The notes beneath the pieces are model-generated. The model did no database searches and was not told where the DNA came from. It saw nothing but the letters and a program-made list of their open reading frames with translations. Positions 55,198 to 64,000 of a DNA stretch of 64,000 nucleotides are shown piece after piece. This DNA comes from the human T2T-CHM13v2.0 reference genome, Homo sapiens, in the NCBI RefSeq assembly GCF_009914755.1, contig NC_060926.1, one strand, 5' to 3'. The stretch's first letter is position 1, and every line of letters begins with the position of its first letter. The translations under genes were made by a program, and so were the position numbers.

Positions 55198-58100
55198 CGA
55201 TCGACAGAGACTTAAGAATGTTCATAGACCAACTCCAAGCTGCAAAATGAAAGTACCGAGAGGAAGGTGGGCCATCTGAGAGCCGCCTTTATCCCAGATC
55301 TGGAAGAAACCCACATCTAGGTGTGAAAGTGGCAAAAGGAGGGCCGGGGCCTGCCTGCCACTGAGGCCCAGCGGCTGCCTGCGAGGGTCAGTGGTGTCGT
55401 AGCCTGCTGCCGCCACACAGAGGGATTTGCAGGGAAGGGCCTTAGCCAGGCATGATGTGGGAGCGTTGGCCCTGGCATTCCCGGGTCTTCATGAGCTTAA
55501 TTCAGCAGGGGCTCCTTCCTTCAGTGATGGAATCTGGAGTTTCTGACTGATTCTTAACCAACTCAAAATTTTAGGCAGAAAGCTAGCTCCAAGGCTGAGG
55601 CAGCCCTGAATGTGCCTAGGCCAACAGCCAGCGAGCTCCTGGCCGGGAGCCTGGTAATGGGGATGGCTGGTAAAGGCTGTGCCGGCCCTGCCTCCCTCCC
55701 AGAAGGGCGACCCTCCAGCCCCATGTCCAGGCTCTCCCATCTTCCCAGCTCCGGCCACACATAGGCAGCAGCTGCCCCCATGCTCTGTCCCAGAGACGGA
55801 ACACACTGGTCACTGGGAGATTAGCCTCCCTCATTCATTTTCCCGATAGAATATGATAGCTGAGGTAGCTGGAAGAGTATGGTCAAGGAGCTCAAGGCAG
55901 CTCTTTCACTCAGGAGCCTGCCAGCGTAGGGCAGGGGAAGTCAGTGCCCTCCCAGATGGAAAAGGTACCTGCGGTGGTGGGGGGAGGGGGAGTTCCCTAT
56001 GTAAAGAAGAGTCCAAAACAGATAAGGGAGACTGAAGAAACCTGAACATCCAGTGCTCATGAGGAAAAGCTTTAAGAGAAAATACCAGGTGCTAAGAGTA
56101 ATTATAACTACCAGGTAAGGACCAGTGAGAAACAGTGGGTGAGATTAGGCTCGACAGTTCCCTAACTCAGGAAAGTCGAGTTTCTGAGCATAAGTCATAG
56201 GAAATTCTCAAACATACTTTTGCTTTGTGCCTGGGAAGCAGGAAAGTACACCAGACCCACCTCATTTCTTACATCTCTCCAAGAGAAGCCTTTCGCTTGT
56301 CTGTTTGGTTTATTTGGTTCACATCAGAGTTTGCTAAAGGCTTGGAGGTTCTGTAGGAAGGAATGAGCCGCTTCACCTCCTGGAGAAAGGACGTCTCGTT
56401 TCCAGCATGTCGGGGGTCAGGCTGTGCTGCACTGAGGCTGAAGGGTTCTGGGATTTTCCACTGTGTGTTTGGTTTCTGTTGCTTGTTCCAAGCTGCTGAC
56501 GCGGTGTGCTGGATGAGAGTTCTACTGGCCACTGGCTTCTGGCCTCCAGGGCCAGCTGGCTGTACAGCCACCTGCAAGTCTTTGTTCCCGGGGTTAGCCT
56601 TGCCACCCTCCTTCAGGACTGCCTAGAATTGTTTCCTGTCATCGGGGTAGTAAATGTGTTCTCAGGAGCACGTGTATCTTAAATATGTTTTAACGAATGT
56701 TTACTTAGTTTCTTAGAAACAAAACGTGGTAAACACCCAGTCTTATTTTCTGGGACACATGAAGTGTGTTTAAGCTGTCAGCTCCAAAAACCCTTTCCAA
56801 GTCAAATAACTTAAAAAAAAAGGTTGTCAGCTACCACTGCATCCCAGATGTTAGAGTTTATTTCTAAAGCTGTTCTTGGGTGCTGTTTAATGTTCCAGTG
56901 GAAAAAAAAAAAAAACACCTGTAATACTCCAGTAACATTTGACTAGTCGTGAAATCTAGCCATTTAGATTTTTCAACCTCAATTTGACCGTTAGTTGCAA
57001 CCAAGTGATTATAAACACATGATAATTTTTTAATGAGAATTATCTGTAAACGTTGAGATGATGAGCCTGCTGCTATGTTGGTTTAATAGATAAAGCAGAA
57101 GTCAGTTCAGCCATCTTCACTGATGATTTTCAGAATTAACCTGATCACTCACCATGGAAATACCATTCCCCTTTGTTCTTGTCTTCCTATGTGTGTGACA
57201 GTCCCTAACTTGACCCCTGGCATGGAAGCCATCAGTGAGGATCAGGTGATATTGTCTAAAAATAGGTAAAGGATGCTAACATTATTATTAGATGTTCAAA
57301 AAAATAATAAAAGGGAAGCATGTTCTGTTTCATTTTGAGCAAGAAAAAAAGCCGTAAAATCAGAATAAGGAGATAGTCATGTTTTTGGCATTGATGAAAT
57401 TGGCAGGACAAAGTGTGTTTTTGAGTTGGCTGTATGGAACTCAGAATGTATTGTCCCATATTGTTATAATTAATTTGACAAGAAATCCAGGGCTTACCAA
57501 AAGCCATACTGGGCCTGCATTGGAGCCTGTGTTCCAGAGAAAATACCTTTCTGAATAAGTAACTGTGATGCAGGGCTGGGACTTACACCCGGTCTGGGAG
57601 CGCCCTAAAGAGGACAAGCCCGCTGGCTTCTGTGGGGAGTCACTGTCTCCTGAGGGCAGCGCACAGAGGCTCATGTGTGTCCCTTCACTCACAGAGCCCA
57701 ACAACAGCACAGCACATGCTGTTGACACAACTGTTGCTTTCCTAAGAAACCTCACGGCATCAGATATTTTAACAAAACCGTTCTTTAAGAGGAAAATGGA
57801 GACTAGAGCCTAGAAAGTTTCACGTATGTAATTACAAATCATTTTTCCTAGAGAAATTTTACCCCAAAAGTGTTCTGAGGCTGTGGGTGCATTTACCTGT
57901 TTATTGCGGATTAACAGAGCCATTGAATCTATCCCAATGGAACCACCATCACACACTTTCACCTGTGTTCACTGCTCCTCCCGTCTGCCCATGTCTTTGG
58001 CCTTGATCACGCCATCTCTCTGGAAGCCCAGCTCCAGGTCCAGGAAACCAGATTATAGCAGACCACTGTGCCCCTGGCCAGGGAACCGCCTGCTCTGGTC

Positions 58101-59691
58101 TGGAAGCCCCGGGGCCATGCTCGATGTGTTAGTCAATGCTCTTTTGGTTGCATGAGATAGTTGACCAACTTAGGTTAGCTAAAATAGAAAGGCAGGGAGG
58201 GGGTGGGCCAGTGGTGAATTATTAACTTCTTAACTTGCATCTCTGGAGCTGCCAAGGGGATGGATTTAGTTTTAGAAAGACCCTAATCTCCTGATGCACT
58301 GAAGTTCTTGAGGAGCCCTCTCCCCCATTTCTTGCCTGTGTTGGGTGGGCATCATGCCCAGCAAGGTCTCCCCACTTGGTAGCAAGCCCTTCATGGTGGT
58401 TTCGGTCCTTAGTGCTCAGATGTGGTGAGGAGGGAAAGGTGAGGATTTTTGTCAATAGCTACAGCAAAAGACTCTAAGTCAGTTCCATGTGGCCTCATTT
58501 GAGTCAGGTGCTTTTCCCTAAAACAATCAGTATCACAGGTTGGAGGGGATGTTTTGATTGTTCTGTCCCTTCGGGTGGGGAGATGAGGTCAGCCTAATTG
58601 AGCTGAGTGGCTTGAGCAGGAGTATGATAGACTAGGGCTGGGCAGAAGGTGGACTCCAGAAAAGGCCGGGAGGCAAGTCCCAACCCTGTGTCTTCAGGGT
58701 TTGTCCGTTTTAAACATTTTAGCCAGGGTGGGGCTGGGGGGAGGGGGTGTTGTGCAATGCAGTTCTCTTTCCTAATTCACAGATCACGTTACACCCAGCT
58801 TGCACGGTTTGAACTTGGGTGCTAAAGGAGAAGCACCTGGGGTATGTTTGAATTCACCCCAAAGCTACCTCTGGTAAGTGTCTCCTTGTGACTTTTACAG
58901 TCTCACTTGGGCTGTGGACCTCTGACATTTTCAGGCAAGTTTTTGCTTCTTAATCTCCAATGCTGAAAGCTTAGTCTTTGGAATGTTATACATTGTTTGG
59001 ATCTTAAAAATGTCAGCTCACAAAATAATGTTTTTACATCCTTCCTCCAACATCATCAACCGCATTAGCTCACCACCACTCCTCCTCTCCGCTTCTCCCC
59101 CAACCTGTTTTATCGGTGTCAGGAAAGGGGAGCGATCAGTCTCTCAGGAGGTACCCATATTGATCATAATATAGCCTTTCTTAGGCGTAGCAGTCCAGCA
59201 ATCAGGGTTCAATGGTTTCCTCTGGAAGGTAGCATACTGAAAAAGACGAAGTGCAGAGAAAAGACAGGGTGGGGGTGCAGCATGTCTAGTTTGGGGGCCT
59301 GGCTGTGGGTCAGAATGGAGAGATTGACACTTCAGAGAAGGCCGGGAATGAAATTGAATGTGCAGAGCACACGTTCCACTCAGCACCGATTAGAGCTGGG
59401 ATTGCCTCTCGCAACTCCCCAAAGAAAATGCTGCGTCCTTGTAAGACCGTGTCTGCCCAGTGGGGGCCTGGACACTAAGTGCCACTTCTCTGCCCATGGC
59501 AAATTCCAAGGGCCAGGACGATGGAGACAAGGGAAGTAGAAGTTGAAAGAAACTCCCAACGGCAAATTAGGTCGAGTGCCAGAAAGAATTACATCAGGAG
59601 AATCTGAGATGTAGTGAAAGTGCCCCCAAGCTCCCCGCTCCATTTCATGTGCTACTGGCTGGCTGTGAGATCTGAAAAGGACTGGGCCCAG

Positions 59692-59695
<4 letters not shown>

Positions 59696-59723
<28 letters not shown>
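59696..59723. repeat. (TG)n microsatellite
   Basis: Read directly. Confidence 0.9.
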
Positions 59724-59727
<4 letters not shown>

Positions 59728-61862
59728 CTCTTAAATCAATGTAAATTAGGCTATATACAGCTGCCAATAATCTGCAAAAGATGACAGTTTCATATGATTC
59801 CAATGGCTTAAACTAACAAATTCATGAATGATTGACCCAGACCAGAAATGGAAACCTGATTCAACTCACAGTGTAGTCCTTTATCCATGCTTGTTGGCTT
59901 CTGGAACGCACAGTGTTCAGGAGGATTCTGAGGCAGGGTCTGTGTGCAGGAGGAGTGCTAGTGTGAGAGCTGCTGGTGCCTGCCCTGGGTCCGAAAGCTG
60001 GTGGTGGTCTGTTCTTGTTGTATGAGGGCAGCCCATGTCGCCAGCATTTATTTTCTGAGCCCCATTTCTTAATGTTGTATATTTTTTTAAAAATTAACAC
60101 CACCATAAGCAAGAAGGAAAAAATCAACACTTGCTCTTTGAAGGCCAAATACATTGAAATGAAAGCGTGCCTAGTGGAGCAAGAGCGGGGCGGGGAGGAG
60201 GGGAAGCCAGCCTGCAGCATTGCCCTCTAGACACTAAGAAGAAGGGAGTAGGTTTAGGTTGGATGAAGAAGGGAGGTTTGGAGCCTGGACGAGAGCAGGG
60301 GTTGTGGAGGAATGGTCAAAACCCAGGCGTGATGTGACCACACCATCTGGCAGGGGACCAGGCCAGCTGCTGTGTGGGTCTTCCATGTCCCAGGGACGGA
60401 GAGAGGAGAAGTGGGGTTGGCCAGGCAGAGGCATGATAAGAGTCAGAGTGGCTGGGCTCCAGGGCTCCAGCCAGGCTATTAGCAGGAGCACTGGCTTTGG
60501 AGGGGGACCTAAGAGGACAGATAGGGGAATCCCCAGGCCACCTCTGGACCTTGACATTGACTAATGGGATGAGCTGCTGGAACCCATCACCATGAAGCCC
60601 CCTGCACTAACTAGGGCGTGTGCCCCTTGAGGAGCCGCATCCGCTTATTGGGCCTAAGAAAAACTGATTCCCAGGTGTGTTTGGGCCGTCTAGAACCATG
60701 TGACCTGGCAGCCACTTCAACTTGGGCAGCATCTCGGCTGGGAGCCCCAGGGAGCCTGGCAGTACCTCAGTGGCAGATGCAGCTCGTTCCAAGATGTTCC
60801 AGAGGCAGGAGGTTCCTGGAAGAACCACTGGGCCTTGCAGGGTCAGCTCAGCCTGAGAGCCAGTGACCCCCTCCCCCAGGAGGATGCTGTAGGGGCAGTC
60901 TCACCTCTGCCACCTGTGGATGAGAGGCTGGACCGGGTCTTGGTGCTTTCCAGCTCAGGGCGTTGGTCCACTTGGTTATTCTTGGGGACCAAAATCCAAG
61001 CTAGGATGGGGACAGAGGCCTGGAGACAACCTGCTGGCCTCCTTCCATTAAAGCCATTACAGTGTCACCACAGGATTGTAAGAATTACAAATGCGTTTTC
61101 CAGAGTCCCCAGAGAAAAAGGAGTCTGGCAGTTAGAAGAGTAAAGTGCATCTGTCAACAAAAGAAATACCAAAGATGAGACTACAGCAGCGACTTGTCAC
61201 CTCTTCCGTGTTGCTACTGCCTGAGAACAGAGGTTTTTAGTTTCTTTAAAGGGTTGTAAACATAAAAACAAAGAAGGATACAACATGCAAGGCCTAAAAT
61301 GTTTACTTTCTGGCCTTTTACACAGGCAGTTCGCCAGCCCCCTACCCTACAGTATGGAAAAAAGGCATAGAACAGTCAAATCACGTAGGATTTCTTGGTT
61401 TCTCCATGCAGGCTCATCGAATAGCAACCATCCTTTCTTAGTTTCTTGAAACAAGTACCTTATTTACATTCAGAGAATTATATGTGGACAAACAGCTCAT
61501 AAGCCCGTACTTTTACATACTCACTTCCTGAATTGCATATTGAAAAAGAGAGTTCATGTAAAGCCGATTATTATTTAATCTAAAGTTATGTTCACATAGG
61601 AAGCACTAGTGTAGAGAAATAGGGTCTGAGGGACAAGGAGCCTGTGTGCCCGTGTCGGCAGCCGAGTAACTGCCAAGGGTCCCCTGCTTGGCACTCTGCT
61701 GTCCCACTTGCTTCCTGCCCTCTCTGGATTCTAACACTTGTGCCATTGTGCATCCGTCTCAGGTCATGGTGCTGTTACTTGGTGAGAAAGCATTATTTAA
61801 ATACCCCAGATGAGGAGTTAGGCACTTTCTCCAGTTTTGCAATGCTCTTTTGTTTACCTTTT

Positions 61863-62027
61863 AAAAAAAAAAAAAAAAAAAAAACGAGACAAGGTCTCAC
61901 TCTGTCACCTGGGCTGGAGTGCAGTGGTGCCATCATAGCCCACTATACCTTGAACTCCTGGGTTCAAGCGATCTTCTTGACTTGGCCTCCCAAAGTGCTG
62001 GTATTACAGGTGTGAGCTACCATGCCA
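61863..62027 (-). mobile_element. FLAM/AluJ monomer (antisense) preceded by an A tract on the + strand
   Basis: gagacaaggtctcactctg...gtgagctaccatgcc; TSD-like tttacctttt on both sides. Confidence 0.85.
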
Positions 62028-64000
62028 TTTACCTTTTTTATGCTTAAAATAAATGTATAAAATATTAAAAATCATTTTCCTCCCAAGAACCAAACGTGTA
62101 TTACTAAATATGTTTAGTTGACCATGCAGGCTATTTGAGAGACAGTGGGAGATGCTGAAATATTCAAGCACCACTGTTTTGGTGGGTATCGGAAGATTTT
62201 CAATCAATAGTTTACTTATTTGGTTATGTATTAGGTTGTATTGGGTGGGGCCAATCATTATGTGACTATTTTTTTCTTCAGAGTGGTGATTGAAAAGCAG
62301 CCCCCAACCGTTTTCTCCGAGAGGTGCATGCTGAGCCTGCCTGCAGCTTACCCCCAACCCCCAGCCCCTAGCCCGGCTCTCCTTGTCTTACATGAGTCAG
62401 TTTCCTTCTGCTGCTATTCTGGACAAAAACCTCTATCAGGACAGAGACCTTGTCTTGTTCACCCTATTCCTGGCATCAAGGCTGTGTCTGACATGTAATG
62501 GGGATGGCTGTTTGTTTGGTGGTGGTTGAGATGACCAAGATGTTCTTGACCTGTGTAGGGTGGTAGTGGAGAAACAGGCACAGGCCCTTGTGGTGTAGTT
62601 GCGAAAAAGGAGCTCACACTAATGGGAACCAGATTGTATCATTGGCTGAGTATACAGCAGATGCGTTCCCCTTTGTTATTTTATCACTTGCTTACCTGGA
62701 AGCTCTGGTCTGACTTTAGGAACATGCCACACACTTGGATAAACATGGACTCCTTTACTAGAGATTTATAGAATCTTTTTCCTAGAGCCATTTGAGAAGC
62801 ACTTGTCCAAGACGTGCTATTTTATAGGCTATTTTGATGTAAGGGAAAAGACGTATCCTGGATCTTCCAGAAAGCATGGAATTATGGCTGCGTATTAGGA
62901 AGAGGCCTGGCTTTCCTGTGGGAATTGAACAGAAGACAGGCATCTCTCATGTTCTGGTTGTTGCAGTTTTGCTTCTTCTGTTCATTGAATTAGCGTTTCA
63001 GAGCTCTCCATGTGTGAGTTTCCATTTGGAAATGGTATAGTCATCATCGTAATGTAGCAGTCATTCGTTAATTTTTATGAGCCACTTGTGACGTTTCAGG
63101 AAGCTGACAGCCGACATGGATTAGCTCATTTATACCTAGGGAAACAGAGGCACCAGAGGCCACAAAAGCTATTCAGGGTCACACAGCCTATGTGTGAGGT
63201 TTACATAATAAACCTCAAAAAACGCAGGCTCTAAGGAACAAAAAGGAAGATTTGAGCTGGGTGGAGGCTCCTTATCTCTCCTACAACCTGAGCCAACAAC
63301 ACCCCATCACTTCACCCCAAAGTGCGCAGGGAAGAAATGGAAGGGGCAGCCGTGGCCTCATCTTTTGTGCTGTTTTTCTCCAGCACAAAAACCTGTGTGC
63401 TGTTTTTCTGCAGACCTTGGTTTTCTCATCTTGAAAGTTGTGAATCTGTGTCACATTTTCCTGGTGTATCGCGTGCACTTTTGATCTGCGGATTCAGATC
63501 TTTCTGCGTCTCAGGAACATTCCTTTGTCTTTTATCTTCGAATAGTCTTTGAGTTCTTTTGTTGTGGATGTGTTGTCAGAGATACCATTTATCCTTTTGT
63601 TTAGGTCCGTTTGTCAATGAACTTCTCTCTTAAATACTTTACCTCTGTCTTTTTAATCTCATTGACTGTGTCTGTTTCAAGCCATTCCTCTGTGTCAGAA
63701 ACTCAGCTTTCAGCCTTGTCTCTTCTGCTCCTTACTTTTTCTAATTTTATTCATCAGTTCCCCAAATGCCGTTTTGATCCTCAGATCTGGACGTTTCCAT
63801 TTTATCTCATATTGTTTCAAATTCTCATACTGGAGGTTCTCGTCTCCTGGAATGGCTGTTCTTTCTTAAGTCACACTGGAGTGGGAAGCGGTTGTAAGGG
63901 ACTTCCTTCTGCTTTTTGAGCTTTGTTTTCTTCTCCATTGTTGCTTTGTTTCTCTTCTGTTCCCTTCCCTCCTTCCTCTCCCCAAGCCTCTCCCGCCTTC

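Noticed and set aside
58125-59900. Faint old MaLR-like fragments (58125-58560, 59745-59900); also L1M/L2-like fragments near 37430-38200, 46620-47900 and 63540-64000
   Set aside because: Too diverged to assign family or boundaries by eye

Overview
Primate (most likely human) genomic DNA from inside the large AGAP1 gene (ArfGAP with GTPase-like, PH and ankyrin domains; centaurin-gamma2), transcribed on the + strand. Two canonical coding exons are present: 40571-40629 (DAFVNSQEWTLSRSVPELKV) and 48949-49036 ([29 protein letters not shown], containing the P-loop of the GTPase-like domain). The canonical first exon lies upstream, outside the window. The main signal is an intronic CpG island (~890-2950) containing a ~960-nt coding alternative first exon (ATG 1580 or 1631, donor after 2537) that splices in frame to the 40571 exon. 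Its product shares three ordered motifs with the PIKE-L N-terminus of the paralog AGAP2, including a putative protein 4.1-binding motif, and its leader carries four upstream ATGs. A second, much shorter candidate first exon (ATG 9455, phase-1 donor after 9557) also joins the 40571 exon in frame. The rest is intron: about 25 Alu/FLAM elements (mostly antisense), L1, MER4, MaLR, MER1/3/30 and MIR/L2 remnants, a 14-unit minisatellite and an old ~650-bp tandem duplication with reconstructable history. Gene, paralog and repeat-family names come from my recall of those sequences, not from database searches.
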